In this document: in pieces, positions 38,231 through 48,653 of the stretch | Layout of the letters: each line of letters opens with the position of its first letter | Position numbering within the stretch: the first letter of the stretch is position 1 | Source of the DNA: Promethearchaeia archaeon | GTDB taxonomy: Archaea > Asgardarchaeota > Lokiarchaeia > Sigyniarchaeales > SOKP01 | Assembly (NCBI GenBank): GCA_029856125.1 | Contig: JAHQWJ010000014.1 | Coordinates: forward strand, 64,001 to 128,000 | Reading direction: 5' to 3' | DNA: 64,000 bases | Program-made: the position numbers and the translations under genes | Notes under the pieces: model-generated | The model's input: only the letters and a program-made list of their open reading frames with translations | Database searches by the model: none | Told to the model about the DNA's origin: nothing

Positions 38231-39292
38231 ATGAAAACCTTGATCACCAATAAATATCTAATGTGGCTGATTTTATCCATTTTACTTATTATTAGCTTTT
38301 TTCTTGTCATGTTTTTATTTATTTCGACTTTAGAAGTGACCATCATTATCCTTGTAGCGTTGATTGTCTTTTTTTGCATTCAAGTTCTTCTACTTTTAAA
38401 TTTTGTTGGCAATAGATTAGAAAATCGATTGAAGATTGGAATGCTCATTACGCACTCCTTGAATTTATTATTTGCTATTGTTATTGGTTTTTCTATTACG
38501 GTAATGGAATCTGATTTCAAAAATAATTTTGGGATAGTTATGATTCCTTTACTTCTACTGTTTAGTCTCGTTATAACTGATAAATATGATAGAGATACAA
38601 AGGATCTTAACAATGTGCAAGAGGAGAAGTCAATAGAAAAATCAACCAGACCAGTTATAGAATTTGAAAACAAAAAGTACGTCTTTTCTTTGAATTCTTT
38701 AATATTATTAGGAGTTGGCACGCCTCTTTTAGCAGTAGCTATTTATTTTTTCTTTGATGTTGAAGCTCAATTTTGGCTCCATGAGGTCGTTGTGAAACAA
38801 ACGGTATATTTCCTTAATTTATTTTTTGATATGGATGTATCTACGAGCTACGTACCAAGTGGAAAATATCATTGGAGTTTTAATTTTGTTGGGAATATTG
38901 ATGGAGCCCCGTTGGGTAGTATATTTTTTGAGACTTTTTGTACAGGCATTCAAGCGATTTGTGTATTCGCAGGTATAATCATATGCACTCCTCACTCCCA
39001 AGATAAACAAACCAACAAAGACATAATTTGGAGAAAAACTAAAGCACTAATTGTATCATCAATTATTTTCTATGTAGTTAATGTCATTCGAATGTTGATT
39101 CAAATTGAACTATATTATCTTGGATACCCTTGGGATAGCATCCACGTTTCGATCAGCGCAGCAAGTTCTTTCATAGCAGCTATTATTATTCTCCTGCTTC
39201 ATAAATGGATACCCGAATTCATTATTAGCATCATATATACAGGCACTTTAATTAGCAAAAAACTTAAACACGTGAGAAAGCCCAAAGAATAG
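38231..39292 (+). CDS. Archaeosortase/exosortase family protein with extra 4-TM N-terminal domain (archaeosortase H-like)
   Basis: Catalytic triad pattern FCTGIQA (Cys), NVIRM (Arg), SIH (His) in a polytopic protein. Confidence 0.82.
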   Translation: MKTLITNKYLMWLILSILLIISFFLVMFLFISTLEVTIIILVALIVFFCIQVLLLLNFVGNRLENRLKIGMLITHSLNLLFAIVIGFSITVMESDFKNNFGIVMIPLLLLFSLVITDKYDRDTKDLNNVQEEKSIEKSTRPVIEFENKKYVFSLNSLILLGVGTPLLAVAIYFFFDVEAQFWLHEVVVKQTVYFLNLFFDMDVSTSYVPSGKYHWSFNFVGNIDGAPLGSIFFETFCTGIQAICVFAGIIICTPHSQDKQTNKDIIWRKTKALIVSSIIFYVVNVIRMLIQIELYYLGYPWDSIHVSISAASSFIAAIIILLLHKWIPEFIISIIYTGTLISKKLKHVRKPKE

Positions 39293-39355
39293 TAATAAAA
39301 TTTTTAAACATACCAATTGTTCAATTCTTAAATAACTAAAAAGTTAGAGATCATT

Positions 39356-40258
39356 ATGCTTAATTTTGAGAAAGAACAAACAGTAGCCAAAATCGATAAT
39401 GTATCCGTCGGAGGTCAACCCGGTGAGAATCCAGTTGTAATGGTTGCCACCGTTTTTTACACTAACCACGCCGCCTTACTCGATGAGAAAACCGGAAAAA
39501 TAGATAAAAAACTCGTCGAACAAGAATTAAACGAATACTCAGAAATTGTTGAAGAAACTGGAATGCAAGGAATAATAGACGTGGTTGGAGGGTATCCCGA
39601 GGCATTGCTAAAAGAGTGCGAATTTATTGCTGACATTGTAGATTATCCGTTTTTAGTTGATGGGTTAAACGATAGTTCCCGAATTCCCGCAATGGAGGGT
39701 TTAAAAGACATAGGATTGTTGGATAGAGCCATCCTAAACAGTATTGATGAGGCCACCAGCGAAGAAAGTTTAATAAAGTTAAAAGAAATTGGTGTGAAAC
39801 ATGCCGTGTTGTTAACTTTCGGAAATAGGTATATTTTTCCTCAGAAAAAAATCGATTTTTTAAAAAATACATTAATTAAAAAAGCTCAAAGCGCTAATAT
39901 AGAAAATTTACTAGTTGACACTGCAGTTTTAGATTTACCATCAATTGGAATAAATGTTGAGACAACAAGGTTAGTAAAATCAGAGCTGGGGTTACCCACC
40001 GGATTCGCACCTGCCAACGCAATTTATGGTTGGAATTTTGTTAAAAAATACGGTGACAAAGCGAGATGTGGTGGCATTGCTTCTTTGATGGCTTACTGTG
40101 TCAATGCAGGGAGTGATTTTGTGTTATTTGGCCCAGTTAAATTTGCAAAATGTATTATTCCCTCGATATCCCTGATTTCTGGTATTAATTCTTATTATCG
40201 AAAGCGGGTTTTAAGAAAAGAAATATCCGACCGGACTCCGTTAAAGCACATCTTTTAA
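39356..40258 (+). CDS. mtrH: MtrH-like pterin:corrinoid methyltransferase
   Basis: FEKEQ..VGGQPGENP.V..TVFY..H, PFLVD, RAILNSI, LVDTAV, GLPTG.APAN, DFVLFGP. Confidence 0.85.
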   Translation: MLNFEKEQTVAKIDNVSVGGQPGENPVVMVATVFYTNHAALLDEKTGKIDKKLVEQELNEYSEIVEETGMQGIIDVVGGYPEALLKECEFIADIVDYPFLVDGLNDSSRIPAMEGLKDIGLLDRAILNSIDEATSEESLIKLKEIGVKHAVLLTFGNRYIFPQKKIDFLKNTLIKKAQSANIENLLVDTAVLDLPSIGINVETTRLVKSELGLPTGFAPANAIYGWNFVKKYGDKARCGGIASLMAYCVNAGSDFVLFGPVKFAKCIIPSISLISGINSYYRKRVLRKEISDRTPLKHIF

Positions 40259-40276
40259 AGTATTTCTTCTAAGATA

Positions 40277-41794
40277 TTAAGAAATGTACCTTAATAATAA
40301 ATCTTGCGTGCGATTAAGAAAATCTTGGAGATTTTGGTTTATGATATCTTTTTTACTCTCGTCACCAATTAAAAAGAGGATATATAACTCATAATTTACG
40401 ATTTCTACTCGCTTTAACAAGATTACAGAGTCTGAAACTCTAAAGATTGCTTCTTCTTTCGCAGATGTTTTAAATTTGTAAAAAATCTTGAATAATGTAG
40501 TAAATTGAGGGGCAACGACCTCAAATACATTTAGTAATTCTTCAGATTTTTCCATTTGAGTAATTTTCATTGCTTCGGGGGTGAAGTGCTCTGCTAATAC
40601 TAAACCGTCGCTACTCAGAAGAAGTATTAATGATGAGCTTGTGAGCGACGAAAACTCGCTAAGATTTTGCTCAATCAGATTTCTATTCGGGCTCAATTTT
40701 GCAATACCAGATGAAAAAGCTCTCAAAATTGAAAAGATTTTGAACATACTCGTTACATAAATTTCAGGTTTTATGTTAGAAGATAAATTTATTAATTTTT
40801 TCTTAAGGTTTTTAATATTAGATTGGATTTTAACAGAGTCGATAATGTCGGGATCTCCTTTCGAAAATATATAAATTATTGGCGTTTTCTGTTCCAAATC
40901 CTGCAAGGCCTTTCTAATATTCTTAAGATATTCAATACTTTCGCTGAACCTCTCTTCATCTCTTATATCGATAAAATAAAAGAGCAAATCCGCTTCAAAT
41001 AGATAAATTTGGGCTTTATTAAGGTTAAGGTATCTTTCATGATATTTTTTTTGTCCACCTAAGTCCCACAAAAAGATGGTTGTTCCGAGAGCTTCTATCG
41101 AGCTTACAACTGCTCCCAATGTGGGTTTTAATCCTATTAATTTAGAGAATTTTCTATCAACAGATAATATAAAACTTGTTTTTCCACTATTATCAAGACC
41201 TGAAAGAATAATTTTCATTTTTCTTTGTGTTGTTATTGGTGTTGAGGGAGTTTGTTCGATGTTAATAATTTTTTGTAAGAGTTTTTTAAAATCTCTAACA
41301 ACCTGTTCTTGAGGTAATAGCTCATCAGTAATCTTTTTATCAAATTCAGAAAAAAAATCTGTAATTATATTTTTTAACCTGTTTATGTTATTGTATAAAA
41401 AGCTCCTTTTTTTTTCATCAATTAATATACAAAAGGCACTTGCCAATGGTATTTCTGAAAATTTAGCGTCAATAAAATGAAAATAACTAAGAGAAGTTAA
41501 ATGGAAATCTGGAAATGGCATGATTCCAAAATGTTGGTACTTCATCAATACTTCATGCTCTTGTTTAAATATATTTCCATTCCCTAATAGTAAAGTGATG
41601 TTTTTAATCGCAATCTGAGTGTAATCTCTTGAAGTAATTCCAAGTTTACTTTCCTCTCCTTTTTCTGAATTTGCTTTTTTCAGTTGGTCCTCATCAATAG
41701 GATCTGGAAACATATAAATAGGTTGAGGACCGAATTTATCGAAGGCAGAGAATAATAAACCTTTGATTACAGACGATTCAATTAATTTATCCAT
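40277..41794 (-). CDS. Longin/uDENN-like + Arf/Rag-like GTPase + roadblock-like fusion protein
   Basis: FDKFGPQP..FGIMPFPD; GLDNSGKTS, PTLG, WDLGGQ, SKGD; C-terminal ILLLSSDGLVLA. Confidence 0.82.
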   Translation of the reverse strand: MDKLIESSVIKGLLFSAFDKFGPQPIYMFPDPIDEDQLKKANSEKGEESKLGITSRDYTQIAIKNITLLLGNGNIFKQEHEVLMKYQHFGIMPFPDFHLTSLSYFHFIDAKFSEIPLASAFCILIDEKKRSFLYNNINRLKNIITDFFSEFDKKITDELLPQEQVVRDFKKLLQKIINIEQTPSTPITTQRKMKIILSGLDNSGKTSFILSVDRKFSKLIGLKPTLGAVVSSIEALGTTIFLWDLGGQKKYHERYLNLNKAQIYLFEADLLFYFIDIRDEERFSESIEYLKNIRKALQDLEQKTPIIYIFSKGDPDIIDSVKIQSNIKNLKKKLINLSSNIKPEIYVTSMFKIFSILRAFSSGIAKLSPNRNLIEQNLSEFSSLTSSSLILLLSSDGLVLAEHFTPEAMKITQMEKSEELLNVFEVVAPQFTTLFKIFYKFKTSAKEEAIFRVSDSVILLKRVEIVNYELYILFLIGDESKKDIINQNLQDFLNRTQDLLLRYIS

Positions 41795-41873
41795 TAGTCG
41801 GAGTTTCTTGTATTATTTTCTAATAATAAATGGTAGGAAATTTAATTATATATAGCTTTATTCTCTAATATTA

Positions 41874-42830
41874 ATGCTAGATGATATTGCTGAATATATT
41901 AAGTCTAATAAGAACATCATAGAAAAAGCCGATATTAGCCCTTTTGTTCAAAGTATTAACGAAAATTCTTATAAGAGCCCTCGCGTTTTTTCTGATATTG
42001 GCCAAGACTCTGCAGCTATAAAAAACAATAGTGATATGCTCACATTAATCACTACTGATAGAATAAAGACGAGTTATATAGAGAATTTCCCGTTAGGCGC
42101 CGGATTTAGTTCAATCTTGGTCGGTGTAGATGATGTTTATGCGTGTGGGGGAAAACCGTTAGCAGTAAGCATCATTATATCATTCAAAGATCAAATCGTT
42201 GGTCAAAAAATGATCGATGGTATTTGTAAAGGTTCGAAATTATTTCAGGTTCCAATAGTTCGGGGTCACACGAATATAAAAGAGTTCAACGAATTGAGTT
42301 CTACTGTTATAGGGGAGATTAAGAGAGACGAATATATTTCTGCGACTAATGCGCAAGATAAAGACGAGATTATCCTAGCTGTAGATTTCAGCGGAAAGGT
42401 TGGACGAGCAAGTAAGCTCCATTGGGATACGGTAACGCATAAAAGCTCCGAGGAAGTTTTGAATAAGAGGAAGGCTATGAATGAAATTGCTAAGCTTAAA
42501 ATCGTAAATTCCGCTAAGGATATTTCAAATGGAGGTATTTTCGGCACGATTTTACAGTTGATAAAATATTCCAAAGTTGGAGCAGATATAAATATCGAAA
42601 AAATCGTAATTCCTCCGATATTAATAGAAAAGAGTTATAATTTAGAAACATTTATTCAAATGTATTTAACAACTTCTTATATTTTAACCGCACCAGAAGA
42701 AACAAGTCAAGATGTAGTAAAGATTTTCAACGATCATAACATGTCTGCTACTATAATTGGAAGGATAAGGAGCGAACAAGAATTAAATATTAATGACGGT
42801 AAGAATTCAATTAGAGTTTTAAAATTTTAA
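41874..42830 (+). CDS. PurM/AIR-synthase (SelD/ThiL superfamily) related protein
   Basis: GQDSAAI, TTD, GVDDVYACGGKP, VRGHT, AKDISNGG..G. Confidence 0.78.
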   Translation: MLDDIAEYIKSNKNIIEKADISPFVQSINENSYKSPRVFSDIGQDSAAIKNNSDMLTLITTDRIKTSYIENFPLGAGFSSILVGVDDVYACGGKPLAVSIIISFKDQIVGQKMIDGICKGSKLFQVPIVRGHTNIKEFNELSSTVIGEIKRDEYISATNAQDKDEIILAVDFSGKVGRASKLHWDTVTHKSSEEVLNKRKAMNEIAKLKIVNSAKDISNGGIFGTILQLIKYSKVGADINIEKIVIPPILIEKSYNLETFIQMYLTTSYILTAPEETSQDVVKIFNDHNMSATIIGRIRSEQELNINDGKNSIRVLKF

Positions 42831-42918
42831 TGTTCTAAGGTTTAATCTAATCGATAAGAAGTAAGCTATGAGAAACACTATATATTCCACATCAAACGAT
42901 AATTCTCGCTTTTAGCCT

Positions 42919-43137
42919 CTATTTAAGATCTAAAAATGTAAAAACCTGTTTCGGAGTAATGGTACTACAATTAGGACATAGATAAACTGGTTTTCTGTTT
43001 TTGGGAGTGTGAAGGACTTTTTCCATGATTTGGCCACAAGCTGGGCAGTATATTGAAATATCCTTTCGATGGGGGGTTATAAAAAAATGTGGTTTTAATT
43101 TATGTATTATTTCCATATAATAATAGTATGATTTCAT
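42919..43137 (-). CDS. Small zinc-ribbon protein
   Basis: CPACG and CPNC pairs. Confidence 0.55.
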   Translation of the reverse strand: MKSYYYYMEIIHKLKPHFFITPHRKDISIYCPACGQIMEKVLHTPKNRKPVYLCPNCSTITPKQVFTFLDLK

Positions 43138-43310
43138 TCATTTAAATCCTCGCTTTCGATCATTCGGTGATCAATCCAGAACATTTGAGGATCAATAAGT
43201 TAATTTTAAAAATTAATAATTAATCCTACTAATTTTTCGTTACTTTTCTTACTATTTTTAGAATTTAATGATGTCGAAAGTTATATATTTATCAAATACA
43301 CATTTTAGGT

Positions 43311-44045
43311 ATGATTTTACAAATTTTATCTCAAGAAAATATAATAATAGCATCGTTTACGTTGCTTTTCGTGATAATTTCCTTAACTGTTGGCGTTAAG
43401 ATTTCATTGAAGTATTTTTCTTTACGGGCAAAAGAATTAATTTTGGTTGGAATTGCTTGGATATGCCTTTCTTCCCCGTGGTGGTCCGCGCCATTTTCAT
43501 TTCTTACATATGCTTTTTTCGGTGTAGTATGGGAGATTCATGTTTTTTTTATTATCGGAAATATATTTATTCCAGTAGCATTGATAAGCTGGATATATGC
43601 ATTTGCAAAAATGGCGTATGATAAAGTGAAAACGAAATTACTGATAATTTATTCAATAATTTGTACTGCGTTCCTAATATTCTTTCTTATCTTTATGGTA
43701 ATTGATGTTAATTTGATTGGAGAATTTGATGGAACCTTCGACGCTAGATATGTATCTTTTACAAGGATTTTTCAAGCATTTGCTATTTTATCAGCTTTAC
43801 TTACGGGGGTTCTCTTTGCTCTAAAATCCTTTAAGTCAGACGATGCAACAATTCGATGGAAAGGAAGATTTCTATTAATCGCTTTCATCTCATTTTCAGC
43901 AGCAGCAATACTAGATTCTGGATTTGCATTAGGAATTATTGGTGTAATAATTATAAGGTTGTTATTAATATCAAGTGCGATTGAATATTATTTAGGTTTC
44001 TTATTACCAGATCGAATAGCTAAATGGTTAATTAGGAATGATTGA
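43311..44045 (+). CDS. Multi-pass (about 7 TM) membrane protein
   Basis: About 7 hydrophobic segments; RWKGRFLLIAF..YLGFLLP. Confidence 0.65.
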   Translation: MILQILSQENIIIASFTLLFVIISLTVGVKISLKYFSLRAKELILVGIAWICLSSPWWSAPFSFLTYAFFGVVWEIHVFFIIGNIFIPVALISWIYAFAKMAYDKVKTKLLIIYSIICTAFLIFFLIFMVIDVNLIGEFDGTFDARYVSFTRIFQAFAILSALLTGVLFALKSFKSDDATIRWKGRFLLIAFISFSAAAILDSGFALGIIGVIIIRLLLISSAIEYYLGFLLPDRIAKWLIRND

Positions 44046-44051
44046 TATCCT

Positions 44052-44612
44052 ATGAATTTAGATTTTAAAAGAAACTTTAAGGGAACTATCTCTATTATTG
44101 GTACGAGCCAGATCGAACCAAGAACAGAAGAAATTGCAGTAGAATTAGGAAGGATACTAGCGATTAATAATTTCGCCGTGGCATGCGGAGGGTTATACGG
44201 TGTTATGGAAGCTGTTTGTAAGGGCGCTAAGCAAGAGGGTGGTTTCACTATTGGGATCATCCCCTACGAAGATAAAACTCGTGCAAATGAGTTTATAGAC
44301 GTTGTAATACCCGTCCCTTTTTCTCAAGCTCGAAATATTGTTGTAGTATTGAGTGGTGATGCTTGCGTCGCTGTAGAAGGAAAAGCTGGGACTCTTTCTG
44401 AAATCTGTTTCGCCTGGATTTATGGAAAACCTATTATTGCTCTGACTGGGGAGATTAATGGGTGGTCTTCAAAAATGGCGGGAAAAAAAATCGATGATAG
44501 GAGAAGTGATACGATATATGGAGCTACATCAGCTAAAGAAGTCGTTGACCGATTGAACGAAATTTTTAAAACTAAACCCAATATCAAATATAAGATGCCG
44601 ACAGAATTTTAA
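44052..44612 (+). CDS. LOG/TIGR00725-family Rossmann-fold nucleotide-binding protein
   Basis: CGGLYGVMEAVCKGA..GG.TIGIIP, ARN, GTLSEI. Confidence 0.88.
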   Translation: MNLDFKRNFKGTISIIGTSQIEPRTEEIAVELGRILAINNFAVACGGLYGVMEAVCKGAKQEGGFTIGIIPYEDKTRANEFIDVVIPVPFSQARNIVVVLSGDACVAVEGKAGTLSEICFAWIYGKPIIALTGEINGWSSKMAGKKIDDRRSDTIYGATSAKEVVDRLNEIFKTKPNIKYKMPTEF

Positions 44613-44778
44613 AAGAATTCATTTTATTTCGATATTTTATCTAAAAATCGTCCTTAAAAATAATATTAAACCATAAATATGCTATTTAAGGTTAAGTTAA
44701 TTTTATAAGAGTGTATATTAATATTCAACATAAGAATATATATTAGAAGTTTTTTTTACTAATACAGGTGAAATTATT

Positions 44779-45744
44779 TTGACAATTCAATTTTTGAATG
44801 AGAAAAAGAAAGTAAAAGAATCTATAAGCCCAAGTAAGCTACTTTTCACAGGTTTGGACAATGCCGGAAAAACGACTATAATTCACGGAATCCAACGTGA
44901 ATTTTCGAAAATTGCATTTCTCAAGCCAACAAGAGGAGCTCAGAGAAGAATATTCGAATTTATGGGGCGTGAAATTGCAGAATGGGACCTTGGGGGACAG
45001 ATAAGTTATCGAATCTCTTATTTGAAAAATCCAGGAAAGTACTTTGATGACACTGAGATTACTGTTTATGTCATCGATGTTCAAAATCGTGTAAGGCTTC
45101 CCGAAGCCATTAGTTATTTAAAAGACGTAGTGGACCGGTTTAAGTCACTCGAGATAGCTCCACCAATATATGTGTTCCTGCACAAATACGATCCCGCACT
45201 AAGAAGAAATGCCCTAAACGAAATGAAGAATCTCGAAGTAGAAATCAAGGATAAAATAAAAATAACTGTAGATTATAAGGAAATCTTTTATTACACGACC
45301 TCAATTTATGATCTGCCTAGTATAATTAAAGCAATGTCTGAAATATTATTAAGTTTGTACCCAAAATCCGAATTAATTGACAGAACGATAATAGAATTTG
45401 GTAAAAAAACATATTCTGATGGAGTTGTCTTACTCGATGATAACTCTCTTATCGTTGGAAGCTTTTATAAAGACGAAGAAACGAAAAACCTCTTAACAGC
45501 TTCAACCCCGTATTTCCTAACCCTCAACGACAGTTTTGTCTTTACCGAAGTTCAACCAGGACGCCAAGAAGAAGAGAATCACATGGTTGTACAGAGATAT
45601 GGAAGGAATTTTATCTTCAAACAGCTTACATTTAAAGAGGGAATGAATCCTTATTATATTCTTATGCTCAAGAAAGATGCTCATATAAATAAAGAAGAAA
45701 TCGAAATGTTTGCTAATCTCTTAAAAGAAATTTTATACAGTTAA
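44779..45744 (+). CDS. Arf/Rag-like small GTPase with C-terminal roadblock-like domain
   Basis: GLDNAGKTT, PTRG, WDLGGQ, HKYD (Rag/Gtr-type G4), TSIYD; C-terminal VVLLDDNSLIVG. Confidence 0.85.
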   Translation: MTIQFLNEKKKVKESISPSKLLFTGLDNAGKTTIIHGIQREFSKIAFLKPTRGAQRRIFEFMGREIAEWDLGGQISYRISYLKNPGKYFDDTEITVYVIDVQNRVRLPEAISYLKDVVDRFKSLEIAPPIYVFLHKYDPALRRNALNEMKNLEVEIKDKIKITVDYKEIFYYTTSIYDLPSIIKAMSEILLSLYPKSELIDRTIIEFGKKTYSDGVVLLDDNSLIVGSFYKDEETKNLLTASTPYFLTLNDSFVFTEVQPGRQEEENHMVVQRYGRNFIFKQLTFKEGMNPYYILMLKKDAHINKEEIEMFANLLKEILYS

Positions 45745-45875
45745 CTTCTACTCTTCTTAAAAACTTTTTTGTCAACATTAATAAAATCGAATTTATATAT
45801 TAATACTATATATTGTTAAAACTTTCTATGAGAAATTTTTCCCTATTTTAATAATGGGTCGAGGAGGTAAGAACT

Positions 45876-46946
45876 TTGATAATTTGTTCTAATTGTGGTA
45901 CTACTAACAATGAATCAGCTGGTAACGTTTGTAGAACTTGTGGAGCATTACTTCCAAGAGCGCGTAGACCATCAAGAACTAAAATTGGTCCAAAGAAAAA
46001 AGAAATCTTAGAATCTCAAGGAAAAAAAACAAAAATAAAAACAAAAACAAAAAAACCACAACCGGCTAAACCCCAGAAAAAGCCACCAATTAAGAAAAAA
46101 CCATCAAAACCTACAAGTTTGGATCTTCACGAAATCCCAAAAGTTAAAGCATTAAATAACGATCATGTGGAAATTCTTGAAGATCCGACAGATATAAATG
46201 AAGAAATAATAGAAGATGATTTAGACGATATTTTAGATGGTATCTTAGACAATGTGGAAGAAAATACAGAATTTCTAAAGGAAATTGCTCCACAACCATT
46301 CCGAGGTTCGATAATTGCTGATAAAGGCGTTTATGGACAACCTAAACAACCAAGAAAGGTATCACGTTCTAAATCTAAAAAAGGAACTCGAGATGCGGTT
46401 ACTTCCGAACACACTGAATCTAACCTTCTAAAGCAAAAACAATTAGAAGAAGATATGACCAAAGTGCTTTCATTCTTGTCAAAAAAAATAACTGTAAAAC
46501 CCTTAAAACCTGTAAAAAAGGGGGAAATTGCTTCAACAAAACCTAAGGATTCTATACCTCCGTCGAGTATGAGCGAAATCTTAAAAGATTTGCTAAAATT
46601 AGATTTACATATTGAAGCTTCTGCGATTATTAAAAAGGATGGAACTATATTAGCCTCAGCTCTTAGTTCAAGGATTTCAGATTCCCTATTTGCGACAATT
46701 GCGGCCAACCTGTCAATGATGGGAGTAGATATTATTGAAGGGTTAAGTGCTGGGACTTTACTAAATATGTCCATAAGGGGCACTGATGGAGTATTAGATT
46801 TAGCTCCTATCGGCTTTGAAAAACTCCCTGGAGAGGATATGATCTTAATAATTTTCTCACACCCCAAAATTAAGAGCGGGATAATCCACTTTGCTGTTAG
46901 CATCGTAAAGAAGCGAGTACAGCAATATCTAGGTCTATCAAAATAA
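45876..46946 (+). CDS. Zinc-ribbon + low-complexity linker + roadblock/LC7 domain protein
   Basis: CSNCG..CRTCG; K/P-rich and acidic linker; IEASAIIKKDGTILASAL..IRGTDG. Confidence 0.8.
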   Translation: MIICSNCGTTNNESAGNVCRTCGALLPRARRPSRTKIGPKKKEILESQGKKTKIKTKTKKPQPAKPQKKPPIKKKPSKPTSLDLHEIPKVKALNNDHVEILEDPTDINEEIIEDDLDDILDGILDNVEENTEFLKEIAPQPFRGSIIADKGVYGQPKQPRKVSRSKSKKGTRDAVTSEHTESNLLKQKQLEEDMTKVLSFLSKKITVKPLKPVKKGEIASTKPKDSIPPSSMSEILKDLLKLDLHIEASAIIKKDGTILASALSSRISDSLFATIAANLSMMGVDIIEGLSAGTLLNMSIRGTDGVLDLAPIGFEKLPGEDMILIIFSHPKIKSGIIHFAVSIVKKRVQQYLGLSK

Positions 46947-46963
46947 AAATCGTATTCTAATCA

Positions 46964-47764
46964 TTAATGTAACTGCTTCTGTACACTAATTTTATCAACC
47001 GTGACTGTTTTAAAATATTGCAGATTTACTGAAAGTTCTTGTAAAAATGAGTTCAAATTTAGAATTGCCACAAGTGGGACTGAATTGTCGTTTATTTTTA
47101 TCCAGTTTGATTCTACTGTAACCATAAGTGGAATTAGGATAAATGGTAACCGTTTTTTGTAATTATTATAGTTTAACCCTAAGATTTCTTGAATCAAATT
47201 AGAGAAGATTTCGGGATTTTTTTTAAGGGCTTTTACTCGTTGATATTGTAAATTGGCAGCCTTATTCATTGCAGAATATGAATCTTTACGCTTCCATTGC
47301 TTTGCGTCTATGACGAGAATTTTATTTTGATAAATCCCTATTACGTCAATTTCGTATCGTTTTTGAGATGTTTCATATTTTAACTCTGATCTATCCGTAA
47401 ACCTATAATTCTTTATCGTCTTATAATGATTTTGAGATAAAATTTCTTGAATAAGAGCTTCGAAACCGTCGTAATTTAATAGATATGATAGCTGGTTTAT
47501 ATCTAAATCCAAATAATTAAAGCATCTCGTAATAAATGCAATTTTGTCAATTACAATGTAAGGTATGTAATTTCCCTTCTGAATTGTGATAAATTCAAAC
47601 CCTTTTATAAAATCCTGAACTTCATATTTGTCAAAATTCTTAAAAAAATCAATATCTGAAAACTCAAACCATAATTCGGTAACTTCGGAATTTGATTCTT
47701 TAAGTAAGTCGTAAATCTCTAAGAAAAAACGTTTAATTGACGAAAAAGAATAAGGATCAATCAT
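46964..47764 (-). CDS. PD-(D/E)xK restriction-endonuclease-like (Mrr/NERD) protein
   Basis: FEALI..L, YEIDVIG..ILVIDAKQW. Confidence 0.75.
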   Translation of the reverse strand: MIDPYSFSSIKRFFLEIYDLLKESNSEVTELWFEFSDIDFFKNFDKYEVQDFIKGFEFITIQKGNYIPYIVIDKIAFITRCFNYLDLDINQLSYLLNYDGFEALIQEILSQNHYKTIKNYRFTDRSELKYETSQKRYEIDVIGIYQNKILVIDAKQWKRKDSYSAMNKAANLQYQRVKALKKNPEIFSNLIQEILGLNYNNYKKRLPFILIPLMVTVESNWIKINDNSVPLVAILNLNSFLQELSVNLQYFKTVTVDKISVQKQLH

Positions 47765-47862
47765 ATTTTTACTGAAGTAGAAGGTCTAAAATAAGATAAA
47801 GAGAGTATCGATATATTGATTAATTGATGTATTTTTCGTTTAAACTTACTTTTATTAGAAAC

Positions 47863-48288
47863 TTAACTAGACTCGTCAGGATTCTCAATAAGTTTTTTAA
47901 CTTCATTAAATTCAGTTAAAACTCCCAGATAAATAAATTCTTTTAGTTCGTTAACATCATCACACTCTTCAATCTTCTCTTCTAAATCGTGATAAGGAAA
48001 CCCTATTCTTGTATTTTGTAAACGAGCTATTTCAAACCCAAATTTTGAAAGAGTGTAACTAACCAGCTCTCTTATGAGTGGCGCTGTTAAGATTTTTAGG
48101 TTAGAGGACGCTATAAAACGGAACACATCGAGCGTCACTTTTTCAGCATCTTTTTCAGAAAGACTCGTCTCTTTTAATAGCCGCTCATATATGCGATTGG
48201 GATCAAATTTGTTTTTCTTTACAATTCCTTCTTTTTTGTCTTTATAAAGAACTTCTGGAAACGATTGAATTATTTTTTCGTCAAACAT
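47863..48288 (-). CDS. Stand-alone ATP-cone domain protein (start revised to ATG 48288)
   Basis: FDPNRIYERLLKET.LS..AEKV..LTAPLIRELV...R..NTRIGFP.HD, resembling the archaeal NrdD N-terminus. Confidence 0.78.
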   Translation of the reverse strand: MFDEKIIQSFPEVLYKDKKEGIVKKNKFDPNRIYERLLKETSLSEKDAEKVTLDVFRFIASSNLKILTAPLIRELVSYTLSKFGFEIARLQNTRIGFPYHDLEEKIEECDDVNELKEFIYLGVLTEFNEVKKLIENPDESS

Positions 48289-48416
48289 GCGAGGAATTTT
48301 AATTTTGATTTTAATGATTAAATTATAGAAAGAAATGCTTTTCATTAAAGACTATTATTAAATTTTTATTAATTCTGTTTATATGTTAATGAAAAGATTT
48401 ACAATATTGGTAGCGG

Positions 48417-48445
48417 TTTTGTACTTATTTTTGTACTTATTTTTG
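48417..48445. repeat. 12-bp tandem direct repeat TTTTGTACTTAT x2.4
   Basis: ttttgtacttat ttttgtacttat ttttg in the divergent intergenic region. Confidence 0.7.
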
Positions 48446-48653
48446 AGTAAAACTGAATAATAAATCTTGAATAAATTTATAAAAGTTTTCCGTTTTGATA
48501 TTAGTATATTTATATAATATATTATTTTAAATGGTTTTATAAGAAATTAGGATTATAATAGGTTTAGGATTAGATTAGAAGCAGTGTCTTTTTCGCAAAC
48601 CTCTTTTAAATCTTAGACAATAGCAAAGATTGTCATAGGGTTATCATAGTATT

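Noticed and set aside
41874-42830. Selenophosphate synthetase SelD
   Set aside because: PurM-fold, but lacks the N-terminal (C/U)xxK catalytic motif of SelD.
46331-46903. 190-aa - strand ORF and the other short antisense/nested ORFs in the track
   Set aside because: They lie opposite or within well-supported genes and have no motifs of their own.
46964-47764. Restriction-modification or defence island
   Set aside because: A lone PD-(D/E)xK gene with no DNA methylase or mobility genes nearby; this type is common in archaeal core genomes.
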